A stretch of 63,959 nucleotides of DNA, counting the filler, from Reclinomonas americana ATCC 50394 (Eukaryota), in NCBI GenBank assembly GCA_048213135.1. It is 38 parts of 38 records of this genome, joined end to end, with 100 filler letters (N's around TTAATTAATTAA, not from the genome) between each part and the next. Parts side by side here need not be neighbours in the genome. Positions count along the whole stretch, not along the records: positions 10,204 to 11,801 come from AFZH01025415.1; positions 11,902 to 13,499 come from AFZH01025416.1; positions 13,600 to 15,196 come from AFZH01025417.1; positions 15,297 to 16,886 come from AFZH01025418.1; positions 16,987 to 18,581 come from AFZH01025419.1; positions 18,682 to 20,276 come from AFZH01025420.1; positions 20,377 to 21,970 come from AFZH01025421.1; positions 22,071 to 23,662 come from AFZH01025422.1; 30 more parts are not named here. One strand, given 5' to 3'. A program made the translations under genes and the position numbers. Under the pieces are notes generated by a model. That model ran no database searches. It was not told the origin of the DNA and saw only the letters and a list, made by a program, of their open reading frames with translations. Positions 10,204 to 22,079 of the stretch are shown one piece after another (the stretch's first letter is position 1; every line of letters starts with the position of its first letter).

Positions 10204-11801
10204 TACCTTCGTTGATCGTGAACGTCGTGCTCACGCTATTGCCACTGGCGTCCGTTACTTGGACAATCACTTGCAACGCGTTGCCGCGCTGGCTGGCCGG
10301 TTGAAGAAGCAGAGCGCTGCCGCTGATGGTGAACAGGGAAGCATTGGTGCCGCCAGTGATGGAGAAGCTGTGAGTGTCGTTCACGTTGCCATCGTCTGCT
10401 GTAAGAATTCCCACTACGGTGTTGGCGATCACCGTCGGTGACACATACACCGTGGACGACAGCAAGACGCGGGTTGGCGCAACCGGTACTGCACATGGTG
10501 CCGTGCAAAGTAAGCAACTTGGACGACACCATCTCCAGCAGCGACATTCGAATACTCACCGTCCATGATGGTGAACAGCCGATCAATCGCTCCACCGCGA
10601 CTGTCTGTGGCGCGAATAATGACTTGCAGTCCGGAGCCACGCTGACCAGTGCTGCTGAAGCGCAGCGAATTTCCGGACTGGATGGCAAATAGCTGCGCGT
10701 CGCGGCCACCAACTATTGCGTACGAAAAGGACTCGCCAGTGTTCTCGTCAGTGGCCGACAGTGTTCCAATAGCAGTGGACAGCGCCGGCGGTTGGTATGT
10801 TGTGGTCGATAGGGAAACTATTGACGGAGGTACGTTTGCTGCGACGCACGAGACACAGAGCGACTGTGAGTGCACTGCGCGAACGAACACATGACCCAAA
10901 CTATGTGATGCGAGTACCTTCGTTCAGTACGAACTGAAGAGTCGCCGTCTCGCCAGTTTCTCCAGAGGTCGCAGTCAACACGAGCTGTAGTCCATTTCCC
11001 CTAACGCCATCGCCAGAGGCGCACACAAGCTGCAGACTATCTGGGAGCACAGCAAACTTGCTGCTGTTCGATCCCTCAGCAATGGAGTACGACCAGCTGT
11101 CGGTGCTATTGCCGAGCGGTCCCGACAGCAAAGCCATCACGGAGTTTAACGTGCACGGAACCGCGTACTCGAGAGTGACTGTTGTGACGTTGGCCAGCGC
11201 GCAGAACGTGTTGCCCGATGGTTGGGCGATCTGAAACTCGGAATCGGAACACAGCGTCGTTGTCGCTGGCGCACCAACTGTGTGCAGTGAACGCACCGAA
11301 TGAGACGCGCGCATGCTACGTGACAGCAGCACACAAACATTATGCGCACCATCGTTGACCAAAAATGTTGCATCAATGGTTTGCGCCGACGACTGCGCAC
11401 GCAATATGACTTGCAGGTTGCTTCCGCGCTGCCCGGCATTACGCAGAACAAGGCGGCTGCCGTAGACGGCAAATAGGGAGGAATGAGTGCCACCAACCAC
11501 AGAGAACAAGTACGTGTCTTCCACATTGCCGTCGTCGACTGTGATGGCGCCAACTACCGTGTTGTCGCGCATCGTCGGCCCCAAGTAGGTGGTGGCCGAT
11601 AGGTGCATTCCGCTGGGTAGCACCGAATCTGCAACAAGCGGAGGGTGGGCATGATGAAAGAGACACACAAAGACTACACAAATGTTGGTCGCTCACCATC
11701 AGTGATCGAAAACACTGCATCGGTAGACATTGGTGGTGTGCCAGAGTCGGTGCTCCGTACAATCACTTGCAAACTGTGGCCGCGCTGGCCGGCTGATGAA
11801 A
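10204..11801 (-). CDS. Cadherin-like repeat protein, about 5 repeats, multi-exon, internal fragment
   Basis: Repeats such as IGTLSATDENTGESFSYAIVGG...LFAI...LQVIIRATD and VGILTADDGNVNDTHSFSITGG...VQVTD, separated by GT-AG introns. Confidence 0.8.
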
Positions 11802-11960
11802 NNNNNNNNNNNNNNNNNNNNNNNNNNNNNNNNNNNNNNNNNNNNTTAATTAATTAANNNNNNNNNNNNNNNNNNNNNNNNNNNNNNNNNNNNNNNNNNN
11901 NCTTCTTTTTCTTGTCCTCACTCTCCTCTCCTCTCATCTCACTCACTGTCCTCCCTCCAG

Positions 11961-13499
11961 CGCCTCATGCTCAACTGGAACCGACTCTCCGAGTTCCCGC
12001 TGGCTGTGATCACTGTGGAGACATTGGAGGAGCTTGAGTTGGGCTTCAATCAGCTGGAGCGCATTCCAGCCGAGATTGCTCGGTGCGTCTTCTTCATCTT
12101 CATCTTTCTTCTCTTTTTTCTCACCGCGCTCGCGCAGCATGACCAACCTGCGCGTGCTCATTCTCAACGACAATCGCATTCACTCGCTGCCGCCGGAACT
12201 GGGTCAGCTCACACTGTTGCGCGAGCTGGCACTGGATTACAACAAACTCACTGTGTTGCCATCACAAGTGCGTTCCACTTCTTCTGCTGTCTCTCTCCTC
12301 AAGCTACCGTGGGGACTCACGCGCTGACCTCCACGTGCAGCTCACTGAGTGCCTTTGTTTGCGCGCTCTACGACTGATCGGGAACACCGACTTGGTGTAT
12401 CCGCCAGTGTCGGTGACCGTGGGCACCTCTCCACAAGAGATTTTGGCTTGGATGCGACAACATCCGCCCCAGTCGCGTTCTCCGGGCCCTGCCGCCGGCG
12501 GTGGAGCAGCGAGTGGCAGCGGTGGCGGCGGCAGCAGCAGCAGCGCATCGGCGGCGACTGGGCGTCGGCGAGAGCCCGCAGTGTTCTTGAGCGAGTTTCA
12601 GCCGCGCTCCCGCATCGGTCAGCAACTCATGGCAGCACATCGATCACCGCCTCGTGCGCGTCCGGGTGCTCTCGGAAGGCACTCGCCTGGTGAGTGTTTG
12701 ATGCATCACGCCGCCCCTTTCCTCGCCAGTCTCTCTCATAGTGTTGTGTGTCAGAAATGACCATGATGACTGATGCGGCTTCGGGTGGTGGTGTTGGCGA
12801 CGACGACGACATTGACGCACCGGTCGTGAGAAGACCACGGACCAGTGCGGAAGGCGGCAGCGCCGATCGCCCATGGATGCCTGCCATGTCGAGGCAAGTA
12901 GCACGCTTGCAGTCGTTCCGTGTGGTGAGGTGAACTCATTGTGTGGTTCGACGCAGTGACGAACTGGCCGGCGTTGTCGACGCCGGCAACGACGAGGACA
13001 TGAGTGTGCGTCTGTCCGACTTGGCCGCGATGGAGCAGGCGTACAGTCCGGGCCAGTCGTCGTCGTCGGGGCCATCGGCCTCCTCGGCGGCAACCTCACC
13101 CAACATTCTCGGTGCGCCCGTCAGTGCCTCGGTCGCACTGCAACGCATGCGAAGCATGCCCCTATCGCAGGTCTGTCTCACCCTGTCTTCTTCTCTCTCT
13201 AAACTATGCTGTCTCACGTGCACTGCCAGTCGGAGCGTGCGCGTGAGAATTTGCACGGCAGCATTGTGCGCCTGCAGTCGCTGGCACAGGCCGCGCGTGC
13301 CCCCGACATTCCCGGCGCTGCAGCGTCGTCTCAACCGAGCAACATGAACGGAGCGGCTGTGCGCCTGCTGCGCACTCAAACGATTGTGGTGTCGTCGCCG
13401 CAGGATGAGAGCGCGAGCGTACTGGCGCCCAGTGCATCTCACGCACTGCCTCCCATTCGTGCCGACTCGGCAGCAGAGGCCGCCGCCGCCGCCGCCGCC
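11961..13499 (+). CDS. Leucine-rich repeat protein with low-complexity C-terminal region, multi-exon, partial
   Basis: LxxLxLxxNxLxxLP repeats (LEELELGFNQLERIP, LRVLILNDNRIHSLP, LRELALDYNKLTVLP) and an LRR cap LVYPP...EILAWMR. Confidence 0.85.
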
Positions 13500-13599
13500 N
13501 NNNNNNNNNNNNNNNNNNNNNNNNNNNNNNNNNNNNNNNNNNNTTAATTAATTAANNNNNNNNNNNNNNNNNNNNNNNNNNNNNNNNNNNNNNNNNNNN

Positions 13600-15107
13600 G
13601 GCTGGATACGGCCAGAATGTTTTCAGTCACCACCGTTGTTCCCACACGAGCGTGTGCCTCCTGAACACCGACGTGAGGGCGCGGAAGAATAGTGTGGAGA
13701 TAGATGGTGACCAAGGATACCTTGAGCATTGATGCAATAGTGGCCACCGTCTCGTCTCGCATGTCGTTGGAGAAGGAGAACTGGCCAGAGGACAGCACCG
13801 TCGACGAAATGGTGATCAAGAACGCAGTGAGTCGCGACAGGAGAGGCGTCGGGGCCACGTCGTCGTTTCTGCATGAAGCAATGTGAGACGCGAAGGGTGG
13901 CACTGTGGAGCAGAGCAGACACACACACACATACACACACGAAACTTGCGAAACACAACGGCCATGTGACGCAGCAGGGTGCGATACACCTCGGTGCAGG
14001 CCTCCTCGATCTTGCGATGGGAGAATTCGCCACCGTGGGCCAGCGCGGGCGCCTCGTCCTCCCCGTCGCCAGCCCCGTGCGCCACTGGCACACCTGGTAG
14101 CAAGATGAGCGTTGCAAGGACAAAAAGAGTGCAGGCAGGCAGAAAATTTCCGAACCAACAATGAGGTTGGAGGCAAAGGTCAGCAGGTCACACGCACGGT
14201 CGACGATCCGTCGTCGAGTGGTCGCCGATGTCGTGTGCGCCGCCACAAGCATACGCAATTCAAGCGAGTTCACAAACTCTACATGCAATCGCTGCAGCAG
14301 CTCGCCAGACCCCAAATCAATCTGTCGGCACGCGGCGTAAAAGTCCTCGTCGTCCTCCACATCGGTGGTGTTGGCCAGCACCTGTGCACAAAGGCGTGTC
14401 GGCTGCAAGACAAGCACTGAAGCAGCAGCGGCGACGGCAGTACGCACTTGCTCAAGTACGTCGTCGTTCAGGTGCGCCCAGTTCCACACGCTCTTCATCA
14501 ACCGCAGCGTGCGTGATTTGATTCCGGAAAAGTTGCGCAAGTGATTGAGGCGACTGTGCCGCAGTCGCTGTGGATGGCGTGCACTGATCGGGTCGGCAGC
14601 TGGTGAACTCAACCAGTTGGTGAGCCAGCGCAGCGAGTGAGATTGTTCCACTGCACAGCGATGATTAACAACACCAAGGAGACAAGTGTAGCGACATGTG
14701 GTTTCGGACGCACCAGCACTCGTCACCTCGGCGACCACCTCTTCTTCGTCGACATTGTCACCGGTGGCGGCCTCTTCTGGGACCGCCGTCTCAAACCCAC
14801 CCACATCCACCGCACCCGGCTGTTTCAGCGTGAGGACAACAGAAGAGAGTTTTGCCGCCGTCTACCCAACACTGCTCGACTCACCGAGATGATGCTACGA
14901 CGCCCAAACGACGACATGGCCACCGACCACTGTCCGTTGCAGGCGGCGAGACCATCGACAATGACTTGGAAGGCCAGCAGGTGCTCGGAGCGGTCGAACA
15001 GCGGACCCTGGAAACGGGCGAGACCGTCGAGGAGACCGGCGTACACGGCAAACGCCGTCGACTCGAGCAGAGTGGCGAGTGGCAGCTCACGGATGATAGC
15101 GACGCAC
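13600..15107 (-). CDS. Unknown large protein, multi-exon internal fragment
   Basis: Protein-like exons linked by short GT-AG introns; no family recognised. Confidence 0.5.
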
Positions 15108-15333
15108 TGTGGGGCGAAAGAAGATGATGAGCAGATAACACAGGAAGAGGGGGAGGAAGAGCGGGAAAAGCAAAGACCTCCTCCATGGCTCCGAGCNNNN
15201 NNNNNNNNNNNNNNNNNNNNNNNNNNNNNNNNNNNNNNNNTTAATTAATTAANNNNNNNNNNNNNNNNNNNNNNNNNNNNNNNNNNNNNNNNNNNNACGT
15301 ACGTACGTACGTACGTACGGTACGTCGGTAGGT

Positions 15334-15372
<39 letters not shown>

Positions 15373-15449
15373 AGTATTCCTGCGCTCTCCTGCTCCCTTG
15401 CTCAGTCTTTCGGTACAGATTCCCGGGCATGAACTCGCTGGAACGCAAG

Positions 15450-16471
15450 CTACTGGTGCCTACCCATCAGCACCCCACGTTGGTGCTTCACAATCGCCTG
15501 CTGCCTCGCCCACAAAACACCCTGCAATCCATCAATGTGCGTCTCCCCATCGTCAAGCACATTTGAGTTCACCGACGCGCTCACTTTACTGCCTTTGTCA
15601 GGGTGCGCGCATGGCCAAGCAGTCGTACACTCCCGCCAACATGCCACTTCCCACAGCCGACCCTGTTCGCCGCCGACGCCACCAACGGCGCTCCGATCCT
15701 CCACCGCTTGCACCGCCTGTGGTCTCCTCTGGCCCGACACAGGTTTTGTTGCCGGTTGGCACCTCATGAGGAGGGCGAGCGCATTCCCGGCATGCGCTGC
15801 GATCCTTTTTCTCTGTCAAAAATGTTATCCAAAGAAATGCAGAAGGGTCGCTTGCTGCGTGTTGCCTGCTGCGTCCCCATCAGTCCGGCGAGTAGGCGTG
15901 CGTGCTCTCGTGCATCACCGACTGATGCAGCTCCACAAAGTACCATTCCTCCTCCGAGGTGTCGGCCGCCGCAGCAGCGCCCTCGGAGCCAGTGGAACCC
16001 GAGGCCGGCGCTCGCACACCTGCAAGCGCAGAGTGAGCGAGGCGAGGAGTGGAAAGAGAGAGAGAGAGAGAGAGAATAGACAGTACCTCGAGTAGCAGCA
16101 GGCGGTGGAGGTGACTTGCCACCTCCGCCAGCAGATGAGCCGTACAAGAGTTTGCGCACACCCGCGGGAACAGCAGCCTGCGCAGCGACTGGCGCCGGTG
16201 GTTGCACGGAGGGCATGACCACGAGAGTGGCAGTGCCAGTGAGCCTGCAGATGCCGCGTTCGAGCAGAATCGCCAGCAGAGTCTGCGCGATGTGCAAGAT
16301 GCGCAGTGAGTGGCAGAGAGCGGGAGGAGAGTGGGAGAGTGTGTGTGTGCACGCGCCTTGAAGTCGGAGCCCACTCGCTCGACCACCAACTCTTCGTCGA
16401 GTCTGTCGGCGCCACCAGTGCTGGCGGCGGTGGATGAGGATGAAGACGAGTCACTCGCACTCGCGCCCATT
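15450..16471 (-). CDS. Unknown protein, 5' exons (MGASASDS...)
   Basis: ATG at 16471; probable GC-AG intron 16283-16356 joins ...GSDFK to TLLAILLERG; (CT)n-containing introns follow. The 3' limit is uncertain. Confidence 0.4.
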
Positions 16472-16986
16472 GAATCGTCGTTGCGGTCGATCTGGTGAAT
16501 TGGTGGAATTCGATATCGCTTTTGTGGTGGCCTTGATGGCAGGCCGGGCCGGGTTTGCGGGAGCAGAAGTAGAATTGAACTCAGCATAGTTGCAAGGGGA
16601 AAGAATAGAAGTTTCCAGCCGGCTAGCTGCATGGATTTCTTGGCAATTGGTTTTGGGAATTCGAACTTCAATGCAGAAACCAGGGCATTTCTCATTGACG
16701 GCACAAAAGAGCAACCGCTGTCTTGCCACAGAAACATCACCACTAACACCAATCTTGAGGGCAGCAGCAGGTATTCTTGCGTGGTCGCTCTCGGAGCTTC
16801 GAATTCGAGAATTCCTCTCTAGTGCATCTCAGTTCCTTCCCGGACTTGCTTGCACGTTGCCTGGCTTTGTTGGTTTTCCCTATATGNNNNNNNNNNNNNN
16901 NNNNNNNNNNNNNNNNNNNNNNNNNNNNNNTTAATTAATTAANNNNNNNNNNNNNNNNNNNNNNNNNNNNNNNNNNNNNNNNNNNN

Positions 16987-18155
16987 GTTCCTCAGTCCCT
17001 CAGTGCTTCTCCTTCCTGCTTCTGAAATGCACCATGTACGCACTCTCTATCTTTCTTCTTCTTCTTGGTCTTCTCCTTCTTCTTCTTCTTCTTCTTCTTC
17101 TTCTTCTTCTTGTTCTTCTTAGTCTTCTTCTTCTTCTTCTTCTTCTTCTTGGTCTTCTCCTTTTTCTTCGTCTTCTCCACTTCCTCTGCCACACAAGCAT
17201 TCTTCCTCGACATGAGAACGCACCCTCTTTCTCCTCATCCCCTCCTCCCCGCCCACCACTCACCCGACACCGACACCGCCCACTTTGCAATCTGCCCCCA
17301 CCCCGTCTCCTCACTCAACAAATCCTCCTGCCTCCGCGATACACTTACTGTTCATCTCCACTTCTTCTGTCTGTGTGAACGGAGTCACATTCGTTGCTCA
17401 AGCAGCAATCGTTCCTCAGTCCCTCAGTGCTTCTCCTTCCTGCTTCTGAAACATGTACTCACTCTATCTGTCTTTCTTCTTTTTCTTTTGTTTCTTCTCT
17501 TCTTCTTCTTCTTTCGTCTTCTTGTTCTTTTTCTTCTCCTTCTTCGTCGCCTTCTTCTTCTCCACTTCCTCTGCCGCACACGCATTCTTCCTCGACATGA
17601 GAACGCACCCTCCTTCTCCTCATCCCCTCCCTCCCCGCCCACCACTCACCTGACACCGACACCGCCCACTTTGCAATCTGCCTCCACCCCGTCTCCTCAC
17701 TCAACAAATCCTCCTGTCTCCGCGACCTCCAGTGCATAAACTTACTATTCATCTCCACTTCTTCTGTCTGTGTGAACGGAGTCACATTCGTTGCTCAAGC
17801 AGCAATCGTTCCTCAGTCCCTCAGTGCTTCTCCTACCTGCTTCTAAAATGCACCATGTACGCACTCTCTCTGTCTTTCTTCTTCTTCTTGTTCTTCTTCT
17901 TCTTCTTGTTCTTCTTCTTCTTCTTGTTCTTCTTCTTCTTCTTCTTCTTCTTGGTCTTCTCCTTTTTCTTCGTCTTCTCCACTTCCTCTGCCGCACACGC
18001 ATTCTTCCTCGACATGAGAACGCACCCTCCTTCTCCTCATCCCCTCCCTCCCCGCCCACCACTCACCGGACACCGACACCGCCCACTTTGCAATCTGCCC
18101 CCACCCCGTCTCCTCACTCAACAAATCCTCCTGCCTCCGCGACCTCCAGTGCATA
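16987..18155. repeat. Tandem triplication, unit about 400-420 bp, containing (CTT)n tracts and an exon end
   Basis: GTTCCTCAGTCCCTCAGTGCTTCTCC at about 16987, 17411 and 17808; GACACCGACACCGCCCACTTTGCAATCTG three times. Confidence 0.9.
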
Positions 18156-18352
18156 CACAACACCACAATCGAGTTGTGCGCCGCCGGCAGCATGTCAGGC
18201 GGAGGAAGCTCGCGCAGGCGCGGGATCTCGGCCAAGTGCGTTACAACGACCAAGTCAATGTTGTCGGCGTAGACGCGATCCTGCAGCTGGCGACACACCT
18301 CGCGCATCATGTCGAGCTGATCGTTCTCGGTGGCGAACAGGTGCACGTGGAT
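18068..18352 (-). CDS. Exon of an unknown protein (IHVHLFATEND...AKWAVSVS)
   Basis: CAG acceptor after a pyrimidine tract and GTGAGT donor; the 3' end of this exon is the part duplicated in the tandem repeat. Confidence 0.45.
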
Positions 18353-18681
18353 CTGGGGCGGAGGAAAAGGGGAGGAAAAGGGGAGGAAAGGGGCATGAGA
18401 ATGACAAGTGATGAAATGCATGAAATAATCACCGAACCCTCTTCTCTCACACACACTCACTTTCACTCTCTCTCTCTCTCCCTCACTCACTCACTCACTC
18501 ACTCACTCACTCACTCACTCACTCTCTCTCTCTCTCTCTCTCACTCACTCACTCACTCACTCTACTACTACTACTACTACTNNNNNNNNNNNNNNNNNNN
18601 NNNNNNNNNNNNNNNNNNNNNNNNNTTAATTAATTAANNNNNNNNNNNNNNNNNNNNNNNNNNNNNNNNNNNNNNNNNNNN

Positions 18682-19155
18682 ACTCCCGATGGTCAGCACA
18701 TCGTGAGTGGCAGTAGGGACAAAACGGTGAGAGTGTGGTCGCTGGCTGGCAAGGAGGTGCGACGACTAGAAGGACACACTGGATGGGTGTCGTCTGTCAC
18801 CATCACCTCCAATGGCCAGCATGTCGTGAGTGGGAGCGAGGACAGCACCGTGCGGGTATGGTCTCTGGAGAGTGGCGAGGAGGTGCGGCGGTTGGAGGGA
18901 CACACGCACCTGGTGATATCTGTTGCCGTCTCTCGCGATGGTCAGCACATTGTCAGTGCGGGTGGCTACGACGAGACCGTGCGAGTGTGGTTCACACCGC
19001 GTGGCCTTGCTCGCTCTGAACTCGACGCTGCGCGCTCGGCCATGCATACCGTGCAGGAGATGCAGGAGGAGGAAGTAGATTCACGATGCCTTCCCGAGCT
19101 GGTTCTGCGCTGCTTTATCGTCGAGGATGCCGAGGTCGTCCTTTTCCGGTGCTGA
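18682..19155 (+). CDS. WD40-repeat protein, C-terminal part, ending in the LPELVLRCF motif
   Basis: Three very regular WD repeats (DGQHIVSGSRDKTVRVW, LEGHTGWVSSV...SGSEDSTVRVW, LEGHTHLVISV...YDETVRVW), no intron seen. Confidence 0.92.
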   Translation, partial: TPDGQHIVSGSRDKTVRVWSLAGKEVRRLEGHTGWVSSVTITSNGQHVVSGSEDSTVRVWSLESGEEVRRLEGHTHLVISVAVSRDGQHIVSAGGYDETVRVWFTPRGLARSELDAARSAMHTVQEMQEEEVDSRCLPELVLRCFIVEDAEVVLFRC

Positions 19156-20276
19156 GTTGGTGAGTCGGAGAGAGGGAGAGCGGTGGCTGCTGGTGATTGT
19201 GAGTTGTTTTTTCGTGTCTTGCGAGGGAGAGTGGGTGGGGGAAGAGAGGACGATTGAGGAAGAGAGAGAGGTCATTGATGAAAAATTGTTCTCTTTGTTT
19301 GTTGCCCTTTAAATTTCATGTGAATGATAGTCTGCGGTCGTGAAGCATGTCTCCCTCTGTGCGTGTCTCTTTCTCACCTCCATTTTGTGTGCCAGCGCGA
19401 TGAATCACTTGGGAGTCTCTTGCGTTTGTTGTCTTGTTGTGAAGTCTGTTGTGCATGCATCTTTCGTCGCTGATATACGTGCCATATGAGAGCGAGTCAC
19501 CGTTGTCTGTTTCCCTCGCGTCTTGTTTTTCGCACCTCCTTGGCACCGCCGTACTCTGCTTCCCATTGTGCACGTGCGCCGTGGACATTCTCCTTCCGAC
19601 TCTGAAGAATGCCTGTCATTCCGCTCACCCCTTTTTCCTGCCTCCTGCAGAGTCTATCTCTTCCTCCACCATCTCCCTGCCTTTGTGCGCTCATCTGATT
19701 CCCCAGTAATCCGCCCCTCCTTGCCGCACACGCTCGAGGTCGAGCTGCTGGTCTGCTCTTCGTGTTCCGATTGCCATCCTGCCTGTCCATCATGGTGAGC
19801 TTCTCGATGTCGAAGTGTGTGAGGTGGCATACCTGTATACTGACTTTGCTCCTTTTCTCCCTTGCAGGATGGTTGTGTGAGCGTCCCTTGGCTTGCTTCT
19901 TGACAAACGCGTGTTGGTATCAGGTGCTGATCGGTGTGTTTATCAGTGAGACAGAGCAGATATCTCTCCCCGTCCTCTATTCCTTTTATTCACAGCACAC
20001 CGATATGCAGACGCCTTGGAAAGCATGTCGTGGCGATGACAGGCGTGATGTGCATTGCCCGTTGTCGACCGTCACCTCACTCACTCGGCTCCCCACTCGC
20101 ATCCCACCATGCACTCAGCAGTTGTGTGGCCTTGTTCGTCTTGATCTTTCTTTCCTCTTTCCCTCCTACTCACCTCATTCATGCAGGTCGTGCACGTCAT
20201 GAAGAGCGTGGCTCGGCGTGTGTACACATGTGTGTCGTGATGTGCGATGCTTATGGATGGCCTGGTCGGTGGATCG
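19080..20276 (+). repeat. Dispersed duplication: WD40 gene end plus about 1.1 kb of 3' flank, paralogous to 56032-57269 (reverse complement)
   Basis: Collinear matches throughout (e.g. CAGGTGCTGATCGGTGTG, GGAAAGCATGTCGTGGCGATGACAGGCGTGATGTG, GATGGCCTGGTCGGTGGATCG) with many substitutions and indels. Confidence 0.9.
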
Positions 20277-20376
20277 NNNNNNNNNNNNNNNNNNNNNNNN
20301 NNNNNNNNNNNNNNNNNNNNTTAATTAATTAANNNNNNNNNNNNNNNNNNNNNNNNNNNNNNNNNNNNNNNNNNNN

Positions 20377-21750
20377 CAGCAGCCTCAACAGCAGCTCGAG
20401 GCGAGCAAGTTGTCTCGTCAGCAGCAAAAGCCGCGGAGTGCCGCCACCTCGGCATGGTCCACACCTGCTGCAGTCAAGCAGCTCGAGCAGTTGCCTCAAC
20501 AGCAGCAGCCGCAACGGTACATGCCACCACATATGCGCGGCGCATATGCGAGTGCTGTATTGAGCGCACCACCGCAGCAGCAGCAGCCGCCACCACCACC
20601 GCCACCACCACCGGCACCGGTATTGATGCCGACCACTATATTGTCGGTCCCGCCAGAACTGGAGGCGGAGGAGGAGGCTGCGGCGATGATGCTGGCTGGT
20701 GGTAGTGGTGCGAGCAGTGCGGGCGGGAGCCGGCGTGGCTCGTTGGAGAAGGCGCAAAAGGCGGAGCGCGAGTCGCAGAATGCCTTGCACTTTTTCGCCT
20801 GGTTGTGCGCCAATGTGCCCGACCTGCCGACGCAGCGCTGCGACTTGGAGAAGCTCTATCACGATCGCTTCAAGATCTTTTATCCGCATCTGGCCGTCGG
20901 CTCCACCGGCATTGGCAAGACGCTCTATCGACTGTTTCGCGTGCACAAGGTACTTGCCCTATCCTATCAATTCTCCTCTCCTCGTTTGTTTTTTTGGCTC
21001 AATTCTCCCCCGCCCCCCCTGAAGGTCCTCTCGGTTTGGAGTGACGGCCGCATTCAGTATCGCGTGAGCCCGAGCGAGTTCCTCGTCAAGAATCCAGAAC
21101 TCGCCGCCGCCCTCAACACCATGCCCGGCGACTCGATTGGCGCGCACTCGGTGCCGCTGCTGCAGTACCCGCTGCCGGTGTCGCTGTCGGGTCCCACGTC
21201 GCTGCGCACTTCCCCCGATGTGCTGCTGGCCGCACCGCCATTTGTGCCGCGCTCCAACTCGCCGTCGCCCTCGCAGCAGCCGCTGCCGCAGCAGGCGCCG
21301 CGCTCTCGCTCTCCGTCACCCGCTCCACTGTCGATGATGTCGGAGGTGGAGTACAGTGGCATCAAGGTCGCCTGCCTGCCGGGCCTGCACGGCCTGCGCA
21401 TGGTGCACGGCCAGCGCACCGACGTCCGCGTCTTTGTCACCAATTGTCGACACGGCGCCGTCGTGCTCAACTCGTGCTTTGCGCAACCGTGGCTCAACGA
21501 CTTTGCGGTGCAACTGGCCGGCGACTCGGCCATGCTCAAGCCGACGGTGATTCCCGCGCAGACCACGGTCGAGTTGTGCATGACTTTCACCGGCAACTCG
21601 TTCGGCGTCAAGTCGTGCAACGTGGCCATGGCCTTTGTCGACGCGCAGTCGGGCCAGTTCCGCTTCACGCTCGCGCTGCCGGTTGCCTTTGAGGTGGCGG
21701 CCGAGACCCCGGCACCCATGCCGCCGCTGATTGCGTCGACTGCGGAGGAG
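20377..21750 (+). CDS. MOV10: Second copy (probable allele) of the MOV10-like gene at 3407-4786
   Basis: Near-identical sequence with the same contig start; differences are mostly synonymous SNPs, polyQ length and intron indels. Confidence 0.62.
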
Positions 21751-22079
21751 GTGAGTGGGGTGGGAGGGAGAAAGGGTGGTAGAAAGGAGAAGGGTTGAAG
21801 GAGAAGGGTTGAAGGAGAAGGGTTGAAGGAGAAGGGTTGAGGGAGAAGGGTGGAAGGAGAAGGGTGGAAGGAGAAGGGTGGAAGGAGAAGGGTGAAATTC
21901 AACCGCTTTCTGCCCTTGATTTCTCTCTGCCTCCTTCTCTTTCTACTCTGCTTCTCATTCTACTCTGTTTNNNNNNNNNNNNNNNNNNNNNNNNNNNNNN
22001 NNNNNNNNNNNNNNTTAATTAATTAANNNNNNNNNNNNNNNNNNNNNNNNNNNNNNNNNNNNNNNNNNNNTTCCCACAG

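Noticed and set aside
16357..16390. ELM2 domain from RVGSDFK
   Set aside because: Only a 6-7 residue resemblance; the spliced continuation does not fit ELM2.
21784..21895. Telomeric repeat (GGAGAAGGGTTGAA-type units, also 4836-4932)
   Set aside because: It is an imperfect intronic minisatellite right after a splice donor, not a terminal array.
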